Shown one piece after another: positions 39,200 to 51,053 of a stretch of DNA of 64,000 bases. The translations under genes were made by a program, and so were the position numbers. Each line of letters begins with the position of its first letter. Position 1 is the stretch's first letter. The notes under the pieces were generated by a model. The model was not told the origin of the DNA, made no database searches, and saw nothing but the letters and a program-made list of their open reading frames with translations. Where the stretch lies: positions 1 to 64,000 of the IMG/VR virus record IMGVR_UViG_3300010365_001248; one strand, given 5' to 3'. Origin of the DNA: a virus. Lineage: Duplodnaviria; Caudoviricetes.

Positions 39200-40904
39200 A
39201 TGATTTCTGATGAACTTTTAAAAGAAATAGATAGAGGTAGAGAGGGTTTAAATCAAGGTACTACAACTGGTCTAGATAAATTAGATGATTTAACTGGAGG
39301 AAATTTACCTAATAACTTTATTGTAATTTTAGCTCAAAGCGGAGTAGGTAGTGTCTTACATATAAAATGCCGTTCCTATAAAGGAATTTTAGGAATTATT
39401 ACAAACCAAAAACGGGGAACTAAGTAAGAAGAATCCCGTGGTAAATATAGAAATTAAAAAGTCTATATCACCGTAGAGCGTAGGAATTGAACCTATTAAT
39501 ATAGAATAAAATATTCCCAAGAGTGGTTTGCATCCCAACTGAAAGAAGTGGATGAATAGGTACGCCGAGCTGTATTGTAAAATACAGAAGTTAAGATAAA
39601 AAGCTTAACGATAACACAACTGAAATCTTCCTTAATGTTATATTCATATTTTTATAAAGCTTTAAGAACCCATGAAAATGATGATAACTATTTTTGTTAT
39701 TTGTTTAGTTTAGAAATGTCTGCTACAATGGTACTAGGTAAAGTAATTAGTACCTATCTTTATGAGGAATTTAATGTTAGACTTTCTATAAATGATATTT
39801 TTTCAAGAAAAAAAGATTATACTCTTTCTGACGAAAATTATAATTTAGTCCTTAAAGGTATTGAATGGATTAAAAAAATGGAATCTAAATTTATTATATT
39901 TGATAAATCTCTTAATGCAGAAATTCTTTATACTTTATTATTAAAAGAATTAGAAAAAAGAGGATCTTTTCAAGAAACTGAAAATAGAAAAATTTATATT
40001 CCAAATAATCCTAATTTACTTTTTAATGTAATAATAGATCATATTTCTTTAGTTATGCCTTCTAGAGGTAGAGATTTAAAAAGAGAAATAGATTTAATTA
40101 CAGCTTATTTAGTTACATTGAGAAATATGACTAAATTAAGTCCTATTATTGTACAACAAGTAAATAGAGAACAATCTACAATGGAGAGGCGTAAGCAAGG
40201 GTTGTCGGATAGGAGGGTCCCTTGGATTTTAAAAAACAAAAATCATTTTGTATCTTTAATTAAACCTTATATTATTCCATCCATGCTTTATAAAATTCAA
40301 TAAAAATGTCCGAATAAAATTCCGTTAAACGGAGAAACTCCTAACAAGGACAACTCCGTGCTAAATTTTGAAGAAATTCAAATAAATGCCTAAAGACTAG
40401 AGATGATGCTTAACAAGTAAAGTTGAAGCTATAAAATTCTCCACGAAAGCGGGACACTGTTTATAGTAATATTTGAGAAAATATGAAATAAATTAAAGAT
40501 ATAGTCTGATCTATATAGTAATATATAGAATTATAGGATAAAGAGCCTATAAGATAACAAAAATGGTACGCCAATCCGATGCAGCTGATTCTGCAGATCC
40601 TACAAAAGCAGCTGAAGTTGTTATAGCTGTATTTAGTCCTAAAAGAGAAAAATTAAATAACTATGTAGGTTATGATGTTTCTGTATTAGATGATAAATTA
40701 AGAGCTATTCAATTACTCAAAGGAAGATATGGTATTGCAGATGTTGCTATAGCTTGTTGTTTTTGGGGAGATATTAATTATTGGCGTGAATTGCCAAAAG
40801 CTGAACATATTCGAGATTATACTAATTATCTAGAACCAAATTTTATTCCTGAACCTATTGAAACTGAATCTATTAAAATTGATATAAATAATTTTACTTT
40901 ATGA
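39200..40904 (+). CDS. dnaB: DnaB-like replicative helicase, spliced 39200-39349 + 39623-40210 + 40566-40904, 358 aa
   Basis: TTGL..LD, AQSGVG|KS, FSLEM, IIDHISLV, QQVNR, SD|VRQSD and LKGRYG motifs. Confidence 0.9.
39350..39622 (+). mobile_element. Group I intron 6 (DnaB Walker A), variant-P7 family
   Basis: GGT|...CAACTG|AAA; P7 GCGTA/TACGC. Confidence 0.9.
40211..40565 (+). mobile_element. Group I intron 7 (DnaB) with LAGLIDADG C-terminal remnant
   Basis: IGS GTCCGA pairs TCGGAT; P7 GACTA/TAGTC; the 5' loop encodes FVSLIKPYIIPSMLYKI. Confidence 0.88.
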
Positions 40905-41185
40905 CGAATTATGTAAAAGAATTTCAAGAAATTACTAAACAAATGTCTGAAACCTATGAACGAAAAAATACTGACTATGGAAATAGTTTTGCAGTTTCCG
41001 TTCAAAAATACGGTTTGATTGCAGCACTTACTCGTATAAGTGATAAATTTAACCGTATGGAAAATCTTATTTTAACTCGTAATCAACAAGTTAATGATGA
41101 ATCTCTTTCAGACACTTTGTTAGATCTAGCTACCTATTGTATTATGACTACAATAGAACTTAATCATTCTAATAATAAAAATTAA
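40901..41185 (+). CDS. DUF1599/nucleotide-modification-associated domain protein
   Basis: KNTDYGNSF...RISDKFNR...ESLSDTLLDLATY. Confidence 0.85.
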   Translation: MTNYVKEFQEITKQMSETYERKNTDYGNSFAVSVQKYGLIAALTRISDKFNRMENLILTRNQQVNDESLSDTLLDLATYCIMTTIELNHSNNKN

Positions 41186-43357
41186 TGGCAATTACACTAC
41201 CTAAAACAAAACTTCCTGCACTTACTCAAGATCCTAAAAATCTAATTATTTTCGGTTTGCCTAAGGTTACCAGCCGTGCCTAAAAGGGATTTTAGGTATT
41301 ATAACTGAGTAAAAACGGTGGATGCTAAAAATTTTTCTTTTTACTATACAAAAAGTTGGAAAAAAATTATAAACTTGAATAGATTTTATTAAAAATAATT
41401 TATTTTAAGTTTATGAAAATTAATCGTTTTAAATATTCATTAAAAGATATAAAAATATTTGCAGATTATTATAAAAATAATCATACTTTATTAGAAACTG
41501 CAAAATATTTTAATATTAATTATAAAACTATGATAAATAGTTTTATTAGATTAGGGTATTATAAACCTACTAGAAAACAATTAAATAGAAAATATACTAT
41601 TTTGCATGAAGATTATTTTAGTAAAATAGATTCTCATGAAAAAGCTTATTTCTTAGGATTATTAATGTCTGATGGTTATATAGCTACAGATACTTATAGT
41701 AAAATTATGGGAATTACTTTACAATTGCAAGATGAATATATTTTAGAATATTTAAAACAAGCTATTAATCCAAATTCTAAATTACATTATTATAAAAATT
41801 CTGTTAAATTTAGAATTAATAGTACTAAAATATACAATGATTTAAAAACTTTAAATTTTTCTGAATCTAAATCAAATAAAGAATTTCATATACCAAATAT
41901 AAATAAAGAATTTTATAATTCTTTTATAGCTGGTTATTTTGATGGAGATGGATGTATTACTTTAAAAAAATCAGGTTACACAGTATGTTCTATTATATCT
42001 AATTCTAAATTAATATTAGAAGATATTCAAAAAATATTAACTGATAATAATATTTTAACAACTTTAAGAATAGATAGACCTGCTAAAAATAATAGACAAG
42101 CTTTGTATATTTTAGCTATTAATAGATTAAAAGAACAAAAAAAATTTGGAGAATTTATTTATAAAAATACTCCTATTTATTTAATTAGAAAGAAAGAAAA
42201 ATTCATGCAAATACCGTGCTAAATCTATAAATTGCGAAAGGTTATAGATCAGTGTAACGCATAGAGAGTGAATAAATATAATCTCTCCACGAGTACTCGG
42301 TATCTAGAACAGATAAAAATATATGCTGAACTATGAAGAAATTCATAGAAATACAGATAAAAAACTGTATGATAACAAAATTGTGGCAAAACAACTGCAC
42401 TTTCTACACTAGAAAATAATTTAATTATTGATACAGAAAATGGATCAGATTATGTAGAAGCTTTAAAAGTTAAAGCAACTAATATTAAAGAATTGCAAGA
42501 AATTTGTAAAGCAATTAAAGAAGCAGGAAATCCTTATAAATTTATTACAATTGATACTGTTACGGCAATTGAAGAAATGGCAAAACCATTGGCAATCAAA
42601 TATTATAGAGATTCTCCAATGTTTTCTGAAAAATATGCTCAAGTTACTGAACCTCAAGCACTTCCAAATGGAAGCGGGTGGCAATGGTGGCGACAAGCCA
42701 TTGAAAAATTGATAGATATGGTAGCTCAATGTACACCTAATTTAATTATTTGTGGACATGTTAAAGATACTAAACTTGATGAAAATACCTCAGGTTCTGT
42801 AAAAGATCTTGATTTGGCAGGTAAAAAATAGTAAAGTATTTTGCCGTCCTTAAGAGTGATCTTAAGGATCATGACGGGGCAATATCGGTGAAGGCTAAAA
42901 GTTGGATTAAAGATAATATAAATATTAAATTTAAAACAACTCATGTTAATACCGAGATAATTAATGATTTAAAAAGTCATTAACATCGTAACGCATAGAA
43001 AGTGAACCTATATTATAGAATATAATCTTTCCACGAGTGTCCTGCTCTAAATGAAAATTTAGATGAAAATATATGCTGAACTTATAAGAAATTATAAGAA
43101 CTATGAGATAAAAAACTTATAGGGTAACAAAATTGAAAACTAAAAGAGTTCTTTCAGCTAAATCAGACGCTATCGCTTTTTGTTTCAGAGACGATGATGG
43201 AAATTTGTGTTTACAATTTGGTAGTAATGGTGAAATTTTAACAGGAGCTCGTCCTGCTCATCTTGCTGGTAAAACTATTGTAGTTGCTGAAAAGAATGAA
43301 GATGGTACATTTATTTCTCATTGGGAACGTATTTATCCATCTTTGAATGAGAAATGA
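41185..43357 (+). CDS. AAA_24/Sak4-like P-loop ATPase, spliced 41185-41267 + 42384-42822 + 43136-43357, 247 aa
   Basis: Splicing restores FGLPKVGKTT; LIIDTENG, ITIDTVT, IICGH and DLAG|KTK motifs. Confidence 0.9.
41268..42383 (+). mobile_element. Group I intron 8 (ATPase Walker A), variant-P7 family, with intact homing endonuclease
   Basis: IGS GCCT pairs AGGT; P7 GCATA/TATGC; ends GATAACAAAATTG. Confidence 0.92.
41413..42222 (+). CDS. LAGLIDADG homing endonuclease (double motif, N-terminal HTH)
   Basis: AYFLGLLMSDGYI and FIAGYFDGDGCI motifs; located inside intron 8. Confidence 0.93.
   Translation: MKINRFKYSLKDIKIFADYYKNNHTLLETAKYFNINYKTMINSFIRLGYYKPTRKQLNRKYTILHEDYFSKIDSHEKAYFLGLLMSDGYIATDTYSKIMGITLQLQDEYILEYLKQAINPNSKLHYYKNSVKFRINSTKIYNDLKTLNFSESKSNKEFHIPNINKEFYNSFIAGYFDGDGCITLKKSGYTVCSIISNSKLILEDIQKILTDNNILTTLRIDRPAKNNRQALYILAINRLKEQKKFGEFIYKNTPIYLIRKKEKFMQIPC
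42823..43135 (+). mobile_element. Group I intron 9 (ATPase), variant-P7 family
   Basis: GGT|...AATTG|AAA; IGS TTTTGCC; P7 GCATA/TATGC. Confidence 0.9.
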
Positions 43358-43377
43358 TAATTTTTAATTTAAATTAA

Positions 43378-43911
43378 ATGAAAGTAATTTCTGAAATTGT
43401 TTATACAATTGAAATTGATACTGAAACTAACGAATCTCGAATTATTAAACAGAGATTTTTAACAAAAGGAGATATTAAAATAGATGATTCTACTACAGAT
43501 CCTATTATTATTAGAGATGCTAATAAACTTACATTTAATCAAGCAGCTTTAGATTTAATGCAAGTAAAAGTAGGAGATTCTATTTCAATTAAGTATCGTA
43601 CTGAAAATGGTAAAGAAATTCCATTAATAGGAAAAGATCAATATTTTCCAAATGCTATTGGAAATAAAATTACTAAGAAAGGTACTATATCTTTTAGAGG
43701 AGATATGAATAAAAATTTATCTCTTTTTGGTTCTACTTTTAATTTAGTAGAAAGTAAAGATAAAGGTATTTTCTTTATGAAAGGAGATCTAAATACTGTG
43801 GAAGTTCCTGATGAAATTATTGATATTAATAAAGAACTTGATATATCTTCTTTAAATGAAGAAGATCTATCTTTAGACGATACGGATCTTTCTTTTGATT
43901 TTAGTCTTTAA
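43378..43911 (+). CDS. Hypothetical protein with acidic tail
   Basis: ORF track. Confidence 0.75.
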   Translation: MKVISEIVYTIEIDTETNESRIIKQRFLTKGDIKIDDSTTDPIIIRDANKLTFNQAALDLMQVKVGDSISIKYRTENGKEIPLIGKDQYFPNAIGNKITKKGTISFRGDMNKNLSLFGSTFNLVESKDKGIFFMKGDLNTVEVPDEIIDINKELDISSLNEEDLSLDDTDLSFDFSL

Positions 43912-43971
43912 ACATTGCAAAACAAATACTATTAAATTTTAATATATTAACTTTTTAAATTTTTAAACAAC

Positions 43972-44697
43972 ATGAATTTTTCAAATCAAAACGACGAAGT
44001 AGTAATTAGTAGTTCTAACAAGAAGCCTTTGATGCCTTATGCTGTACACACAGTAACCCTTGATTCTGTTGAAATTACAGAAAGTGGAGTTTATAAATTC
44101 CTAGCTTTTTCATTTTCTAATGAGGAAGGAGTAATTAATCTTTCAGTATTTAAACCAAATGATAAAGATGAGGAACGTAAAGAAATGTCTCGTCAAAATG
44201 GTGCTAAATATTATTTACCTTCTAGAGCAGAAAATATGTGGGCTTGTTTTCAGCAACTAATGAAAACTTTGAATCCTGCTGGATATGAAAAAGCTAAAAC
44301 GGTAAAAATTAAGAATTTCGATGATGCTTTTGCAGTAGTAGAAAAAGTATTGAAGGCAGCTATTGGCACTCAAACTAATATTAAAGTAGAAGGATATATG
44401 AAGAATGGATATATCCAATTTATGCTTCCTAATATTACTACTTTGGTAGATTCTTCTAATAGTAAAAGTGAAGTTCGACAAAATGATTATTTTGTAGGAG
44501 ATCAGGTATTTCTAACTAATTATAATATCACTAGAGCAGCTAAATTTAAAGCAGATTATGAGGCATCTAGAAATGCTCAGCCAACTCCTATGACTACTGC
44601 AGAAAATTCAACAGAAAGTGGTGATCTTAATATTACAGAAACTACTCCAGAAGATTTGAATACTAATGATATTGATATTACTTCGCTAGATCTATAA
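43972..44697 (+). CDS. Probable single-stranded DNA-binding protein
   Basis: Beta-rich core, low-complexity acidic C-tail, located between the ATPase and the primase. Confidence 0.55.
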   Translation: MNFSNQNDEVVISSSNKKPLMPYAVHTVTLDSVEITESGVYKFLAFSFSNEEGVINLSVFKPNDKDEERKEMSRQNGAKYYLPSRAENMWACFQQLMKTLNPAGYEKAKTVKIKNFDDAFAVVEKVLKAAIGTQTNIKVEGYMKNGYIQFMLPNITTLVDSSNSKSEVRQNDYFVGDQVFLTNYNITRAAKFKADYEASRNAQPTPMTTAENSTESGDLNITETTPEDLNTNDIDITSLDL

Positions 44698-44699
44698 TA

Positions 44700-45704
44700 A
44701 TGAATTTTAATTACTCTTCTGATAAGGTACAATTACCTATTACAAAAGAGTTTTTATTATCTAAAAATAGTGAAGAAACATATATGTCTTATTACTTAGG
44801 GATGCCCTTAAGTAATAAGGCATTTTGTAGTCCTTTAAGAAAGGATCATAAACCTTCTTGTTCACTTTGGAAAAGTAAATTAGGAACTTTATATTTTAAA
44901 GATTTTGCTACAGGACAAACTTTATCTTTTGTCAATTTAGTTATGGTGAAGTATAATTGTACTTACTCAGAAGCTTTAATTAAAATTGCAGAAGATTTTG
45001 GTTTAACTCCTGAACAAACTAATTTACAACCAATTATTCAACAAATACCTACTTTTAAAACAAAAAGTCAATCTAAAATTCAAATAGAACAAAAAAAATT
45101 TACTAAACAAGAATTAGCTTGGTGGAAACAATTTGGTATTACTAAAGAAATTTTAGATAAATTCAGTATTTTTAGTTGTAAAAATGTCTTTTTAAATAAT
45201 AAAATATTTATTACTTCTACAGAAAAATGTCCAGTTTATGGGTATTTTTATGGAATTAAAAATGGTATAGAACAATGGAAAATTTATATTCCATTAAGAA
45301 CTAAATTTAGATGGATTAATAATGCAGATAAAGAAACTACTCAAGGTTATGCTCAATTACCAGAAACAGGAAAATATTTAGTTATTACTAAATCTTTAAA
45401 AGATGTAGCTTTACTCTACACGTTTGGTATACCTGCAGTAGCTCCTTCTTCTGAAACAAGTTTTATTAAAAAAGAATTATTAGAAGAATTAAAAAATAGA
45501 TTTCAAACTATTATAGTTTTCTTTGATAATGATCGTACTGGGAAAGCTTATATGGCTAAATTAAGACATAAATATCCAGAATTTAAATATCTAATAATTC
45601 CTAGACAATTAAAAGCTAAAGATATTAGTGATTTTTATAAATTATATGGTAGAAAGTTGACTAAAGATCTTATTAAAAAAGGTTTAAAAATTATTTCAAA
45701 ATGA
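44700..45704 (+). CDS. DNA primase (Zn-finger + TOPRIM)
   Basis: SPLRKDHKPS...FKDF, ITKSLKDV, FFDND.TG and KDISD motifs. Confidence 0.9.
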   Translation: MNFNYSSDKVQLPITKEFLLSKNSEETYMSYYLGMPLSNKAFCSPLRKDHKPSCSLWKSKLGTLYFKDFATGQTLSFVNLVMVKYNCTYSEALIKIAEDFGLTPEQTNLQPIIQQIPTFKTKSQSKIQIEQKKFTKQELAWWKQFGITKEILDKFSIFSCKNVFLNNKIFITSTEKCPVYGYFYGIKNGIEQWKIYIPLRTKFRWINNADKETTQGYAQLPETGKYLVITKSLKDVALLYTFGIPAVAPSSETSFIKKELLEELKNRFQTIIVFFDNDRTGKAYMAKLRHKYPEFKYLIIPRQLKAKDISDFYKLYGRKLTKDLIKKGLKIISK

Positions 45705-46060
45705 ATAAAGAACTTGAAAAAAGACTTTTTGAAACTCCTTCAACTGAAATTGAAATGTTAACTGCAACTGCTTATAATAAAGTTATGAGAGAAGTAGTAG
45801 TTAATGAAGATTCAGATGAAAGAAAACTTTGTGCAATGGCAGGTAGTTAGATTTATAGAATCAAAGATAGTATTCCTGCTATTGAATATCCTGATGTAGA
45901 TAGAGCCAATGAGGCTCCTTAAGCAGAGCCTCCCAGTAATAACTAATTGATATAGGTATTGGTCGATTTACTGTTAATGGAGATACTATTATTTATGAAA
46001 ATGCAGATTTTACACGATTTGGTTTTGCTACAATAGGATTACCAATTCGTCCTGTTAAAC

Positions 46061-46088
46061 AAGGTCAGTCTTAAGACTGACCTTTTTT
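46061..46088 (+). terminator. Intrinsic terminator
   Basis: AAGGTCAGTC-TTAA-GACTGACCTT followed by a T-run. Confidence 0.85.
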
Positions 46089-46099
46089 ATTTTATATAA

Positions 46100-46483
46100 A
46101 TGGATAAAGAAGAAAGAAAAGCTTTAGGAAAAAGAGTTCGAAGAAGAGGTAATGCTTATGAATTAAAAATTATTAAAGAATTAACTGAATTAGGGTTTTC
46201 TAATTTACAAAGCAGTCGTTCAGCATCTAGAGCATTAGATAATCAAAAAATTGATATTTATGATCCTGATAATGTTTTAAATTTTTATGTACAATGTAAA
46301 GCTTCAAAAAATACTCCTAATTTAGTTATACTAAATAAAGAAGTAGGTAAAAAAGATAAACCTTTAGCTATATTTTTTAATAAAGCAGATTCAATGGCAA
46401 AAATTAAAGAATTTGTATGTATTCCTAAATCATTTTTTTATCAATTAATTTCTAATAATTTTTTAAATGCAATTACTGAATAA
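46100..46483 (+). CDS. Holliday junction resolvase-like PD-(D/E)XK nuclease
   Basis: RRRGNAYE...IDI...VQCK. Confidence 0.8.
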   Translation: MDKEERKALGKRVRRRGNAYELKIIKELTELGFSNLQSSRSASRALDNQKIDIYDPDNVLNFYVQCKASKNTPNLVILNKEVGKKDKPLAIFFNKADSMAKIKEFVCIPKSFFYQLISNNFLNAITE

Positions 46484-46943
46484 ATTAAAACAAAAAATTA
46501 ATTATTTAAATAAACGGTATAATCCATATTATTATTGGTTGCCTTTTAAAAAATATATTAAAAGACCTACTATGTCTTTTTATATAACTCATAAATATAA
46601 TTATTTTTTTGGTTTATCTTGTCCTGATAGCTTTCATTGTATATTTCGACCTTTAGGTTGGAAATTAAAATATGATATGGCTAGATGGGAATGGAATCCT
46701 TATTTTTCTTTACGTATTCCTTATATAGGTCATTTTTTAATTCTCTGGGGATTTGAAAATACTACTAAAGTAAAAAATGCTTATATGCTTAATAGTATTT
46801 GTTGGGAAAGTATGTTAGATCTTACTGCAGCTAATAAAATAACCAAAGAAAATATTATTCAAACTTTTAATGATGTTTGTTGGACCACTCATAGTAAAAA
46901 TGGTAAACATACAACTCATGTTACTGATTTATTGAAAAAATGA
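46467..46943 (+). CDS. Hypothetical protein
   Basis: ORF track. Confidence 0.65.
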   Translation: MQLLNKLKQKINYLNKRYNPYYYWLPFKKYIKRPTMSFYITHKYNYFFGLSCPDSFHCIFRPLGWKLKYDMARWEWNPYFSLRIPYIGHFLILWGFENTTKVKNAYMLNSICWESMLDLTAANKITKENIIQTFNDVCWTTHSKNGKHTTHVTDLLKK

Positions 46944-46998
46944 ATAAACTCATGAAAAAAGAAAAAATTAAAAATAAAATTTTAAAATTTTTAAATAT

Positions 46999-47499
46999 AT
47001 GTTAAATATTGGGCTGGACGCAGATGGAGTAATCGCTGATTTTTTTAATTCATATTATAAATTTTTTAATATGGATTATTCCACACCAATAGATAGTAAT
47101 AAAATGACAAAAGCATGTAATCAAATATTGATTCATGAACATGATTTTTGGGTAGAAATGCCTATTCTATATATGCCTAATTTTACCCCAAAATTAATTT
47201 GTACTAAAAGAAATTTTCCAATTGAATGGACTAAAGAATTTTTAATTAAAAATAATATTCCTATAGTTCCAATTATTCAAATAGAGTATTCTCAAAATAA
47301 ATCTACTTTTCTAAAACATGAAAAAATAGATGTATTTATTGAGGATACTCCTGAAAACTTAGAAGATTTAATTAATCATGGAATTCCTTGTCTTTTACTT
47401 GATGGTGATTTTAATAAGTATTATAATACGCCTTATAGGATATATTCGCTCGAATATCAAGAAATAGAAAAAATGTATAATAAATATTTTAAATTATGA
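46999..47499 (+). CDS. HAD-family 5'(3')-nucleotidase-like protein
   Basis: GLDADGVIADF and DVFIED motifs. Confidence 0.85.
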   Translation: MLNIGLDADGVIADFFNSYYKFFNMDYSTPIDSNKMTKACNQILIHEHDFWVEMPILYMPNFTPKLICTKRNFPIEWTKEFLIKNNIPIVPIIQIEYSQNKSTFLKHEKIDVFIEDTPENLEDLINHGIPCLLLDGDFNKYYNTPYRIYSLEYQEIEKMYNKYFKL

Positions 47500-48194
47500 T
47501 TATTATTCCTGATATACACGGTAGAACTTTTTGGAAAAGTGCTATAGAACAAAAAGAAAAGAATGAGAAAATAATATTTTTAGGGGATTATTTAGATCAT
47601 TATGATTATGAAAAAAATTCAGAAAATGAATTAATTACTCCTGAAAAGGCTATAGAAAATTTTAAAGAAATTTTAAATTATAAAAAGAATAATAATAATG
47701 TAATTCTCTTACAAGGAAATCATGATTATATTCATTATAATTTAAATTCTTTTGATTACAGAAAATATTATAAATATGAAGAAGATATTAATATGCTTTT
47801 TAAAGATAATTTAAAATTATTTTCTATAGCTCATTATGAAGTGTTTAAAAATCAACCTTTTTTATTTACTCATGCTGGAGTAATGCAAAAATGGTTAAAT
47901 AGGGTTAATCAAAAATTTTCAACTATTGAAAATTTAGTACATTGGCTAAATACTAACCCTTGGGCGGCTTTACGAATGTGTGGACCTGATAGAGGAGGTT
48001 TTGATCCTGTAGGTAGTTGTTTATGGGTAACTGTAACTGAATTTGATACTACTAATTATGAATTACCTAATATTTATCAAATTTTTGGACACACACAACT
48101 ACGTTCTGGTTTTATAGGTCCATATCATGCAGATTTGGATTGTCGTAAAGCGTTTAAATTAAATGAAGATACTTTAGAAATTTCTCCTTTATGA
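47496..48194 (+). CDS. Calcineurin-like metallophosphoesterase
   Basis: DIHG, GDYLD, GNHD, THAG and FGHT motifs. Confidence 0.93.
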   Translation: MIIIPDIHGRTFWKSAIEQKEKNEKIIFLGDYLDHYDYEKNSENELITPEKAIENFKEILNYKKNNNNVILLQGNHDYIHYNLNSFDYRKYYKYEEDINMLFKDNLKLFSIAHYEVFKNQPFLFTHAGVMQKWLNRVNQKFSTIENLVHWLNTNPWAALRMCGPDRGGFDPVGSCLWVTVTEFDTTNYELPNIYQIFGHTQLRSGFIGPYHADLDCRKAFKLNEDTLEISPL

Positions 48195-49479
48195 AATTAG
48201 ATGATATTAAATTAATTCCTTTAATGGATACTTTAAGATTACAAAAAATTTCAGATGAAGTTTATTTTTCTGAAAAATATTCATCTTATATTAGTAATTC
48301 TCGTTTAGGATTACTAAATCCATTACAGGATGGGACTCCTGAAAAATTTTTTCAAGGATTTGTAAATCAGGGATATAACCCTTCTTTCGAGTTAGGTAGA
48401 TGAAAATTTTTATAGTATAACTGCCGTCTTTATGAGTAATTATAAAGATTATAACAGGGCAATATCGGTGAATTCTGAAATTGAAAATACCGAGATAACT
48501 TTTGGAATAGCGAAAGGTTCAAAAGCATCGTAGAGCATAGGAAATGAATAAATATAATTTTCCCAAGAGTGTCCTGCTCCTTATATATTAAGGATGAAAA
48601 TATATGCCGAACTATAAAGAATAACAATTTATAGAAATATAGATAAAAAGCTATATGATAACAAAATTGAGTAGAACCCATGAATTAATACTCCAGCCTG
48701 AATACTTTGAATTGGCTCCTGATTTAATGCGACCAAGTGCTAAATTAGGAGCTATTGCGGATAAATTATATCCCTATTTTATTAAAAATACTATAACAGA
48801 TGATCTAGTAACAAAATTTTGTTTGGAAATAGATTATTATGTTAATCAATTAACTCCTAATAGAATTCAAAGTATTAAAGATACTTGTAATGAGTATTGG
48901 AAAAGAAGACAACAGTATGAAGCTTCTCATGAAACATCTAAAATAATTCAATATTGTGATGCTAAATTGTTAAGTACTGTACAAAGTTGTGTTGGTAATT
49001 TAAATAATCATCCACAAGTTAAATCTTTATTACACCCTGAAGGTATACTAGAAACTCCAATATCTGAATGTGAACAAGCCATTCTTTTGGATATAAAAGC
49101 AGAATTACCTAATGGAAAAAATATTATACTAAAACTAAAAGCAAAACTAGATAATTATACTATAGATAAAGAAGCTAATATAGTTACTGTTAATGATGTT
49201 AAAACTTATAGAACTGATTTAATTATGAACTGTGAAGCTTTTCATTATCATCGCGAGATAGGGTTGTATCTCTATTTATTATCAAAATGTTGTGAAAAAT
49301 TTTATAATATGAAAGATTTTACAATGAAAGGTAATTATCTAGGTGTTCAAACTCAATTTCCTTTTAGAGCTTGTGTTTTACCTGTAAAACAACAAGATTT
49401 TAAAAAAGGATTAATTGAAATGGATAAATTATTAAAATATGCTGCTTATTTAATAGGATATAAAAATTATAAATTCTAA
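48191..49479 (+). CDS. PD-(D/E)XK exonuclease-like protein, spliced 48191-48397 + 48670-49479, 338 aa
   Basis: ISNSRL, ELG|SRTHE, EQ...KAKLD...DVKT and Y..EIGLY motifs. Confidence 0.85.
48398..48669 (+). mobile_element. Group I intron 10 (nuclease), variant-P7 family
   Basis: IGS ACTGCC pairs GGT|AGT; P7 GCATA/TATGC. Confidence 0.9.
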
Positions 49480-49813
49480 TGTCACTAACTAGTTCAATTT
49501 TAATTAGTTGCTTTTTAACTATACTATGTATTATTTTAATTGAAAGAAAAAATTAATTTTTCTTTTAAATATATTAAAATTTTTTAATACTTTTGTATTC
49601 TATGAATCCACAAATGGCTTATTCTATTGTACAATTTATCCATAAAAATTTAGAAAAAGATATTCAATTATCAGTAGAAGATACTGCTAGTTTAATTTCT
49701 AAACAATTTAATTTAAAATATGAAGAATCCTATAAAATAGCTTCAGATTTATTTTATTTTGTTAATTCTGATTTTTTAATGAATTTATTTAAATTTAAAT
49801 TAAATATTTTAAA

Positions 49814-50395
49814 ATGAGTAGTTACACTTTTGTTGATTTTTGTTACAAAGAAAAAACTATTAAATCTTTAATAGATTTTTGTACTTCTGCCTCAAGAGAA
49901 CTTGATTTACCAGGTACTGGTACAAATAGAATTAATTATTTTCTTGAACATGATCATAAATTTAAAGATGAAGTTTTTAAATCTATGATTGATAATGGTT
50001 TAGATCCCCTTAAAGATAATAGTATTTATTATATTTGGAGCCATTCTAAATTTAATTTAGTAGAAAGATTTGGAGAAAAAGCTCATTGGGCTCCTTTTAC
50101 AAAAGATTTACTAGATTATGCAATAAATCATTATAAAGAAAATGTTAATGAGGCTAAAAAAGCTATTAAAGATAATTTAGCAATTAACCAATATCTTTCA
50201 AAAATTCAGGCTTCTACAAAGGAAGCTGTAATAGAAATAGTTGAACAAATACAATCTAATGAATCTTCTAATGATTATTGGAAAGATGAATTAAAAATAG
50301 CTAAATATAATCTAAAGCGATTTAAACGTATTAAATTTTGGTATTATTTAACTAAATTTATACCTAAATGTCAACTATTGTATTATCGGGATTAA
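49814..50395 (+). CDS. Hypothetical protein
   Basis: ORF track. Confidence 0.7.
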   Translation: MSSYTFVDFCYKEKTIKSLIDFCTSASRELDLPGTGTNRINYFLEHDHKFKDEVFKSMIDNGLDPLKDNSIYYIWSHSKFNLVERFGEKAHWAPFTKDLLDYAINHYKENVNEAKKAIKDNLAINQYLSKIQASTKEAVIEIVEQIQSNESSNDYWKDELKIAKYNLKRFKRIKFWYYLTKFIPKCQLLYYRD

Positions 50396-50561
50396 AAAAG
50401 AAAATACTTTTAGCAGGCTTTACTTTTATAGTAAGCCTGTTTTTATTTTTAATATATTTATATTATAAATGTGGAAGAATTATTACTTATAAGTTTTTTT
50501 CTTGGATTACTTCTGATAAGTATTTAAGGTTTAAATAAACTAATTAATAAAATACGAAAAA

Positions 50562-51053
50562 ATGGGCACTAATTTTTATAGAGTAAAAAAATATGATTCT
50601 TTTAATAATGAATTAGCTCATTATTATATTTCTGTTGGAAAATTATTAGGAGAAGATTCTTTAGAAAGTTTAATAAATGATTTAAAGAATCCAATTCATA
50701 TTTGTAAAATTTCAGCAGGTTGGCAAGTTTTATTTGATCATAATAATGGTGAATATTATAATCTTTCTAAAAAAAGTTTAAGTAAATTTCTAAAAAAAGA
50801 AGGTTATAATATAATAGATGAATATGGACAAATATATTCTTCAAAAGCTTTTTGGCAATTAGTTTCTTCACATAATAAAAATGAGCATAATAATTTTTAT
50901 GGAGAAATTTATGCTAAAGAAGTAAAAGATACAAACTATTATGCAACTGAATCAGAAAAAGAACGAATTCAAACTTTATGTGGAATTACGCCTATTTATG
51001 CTGATTTTCAATCTAATGGTTTAAGATGGTCAGTAAATACTAATTTTTGTTAA
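50562..51053 (+). CDS. Hypothetical phage protein
   Basis: MGTNFY...HICKISAGW...IIDEYG. Confidence 0.75.
   Translation: MGTNFYRVKKYDSFNNELAHYYISVGKLLGEDSLESLINDLKNPIHICKISAGWQVLFDHNNGEYYNLSKKSLSKFLKKEGYNIIDEYGQIYSSKAFWQLVSSHNKNEHNNFYGEIYAKEVKDTNYYATESEKERIQTLCGITPIYADFQSNGLRWSVNTNFC

Noticed and set aside
41268-42383. Intein or group II intron
   Set aside because: The endonuclease is a separate ORF bounded by stops with no intein termini. There is no RT or GUGYG 5' end, and group I core elements are present.
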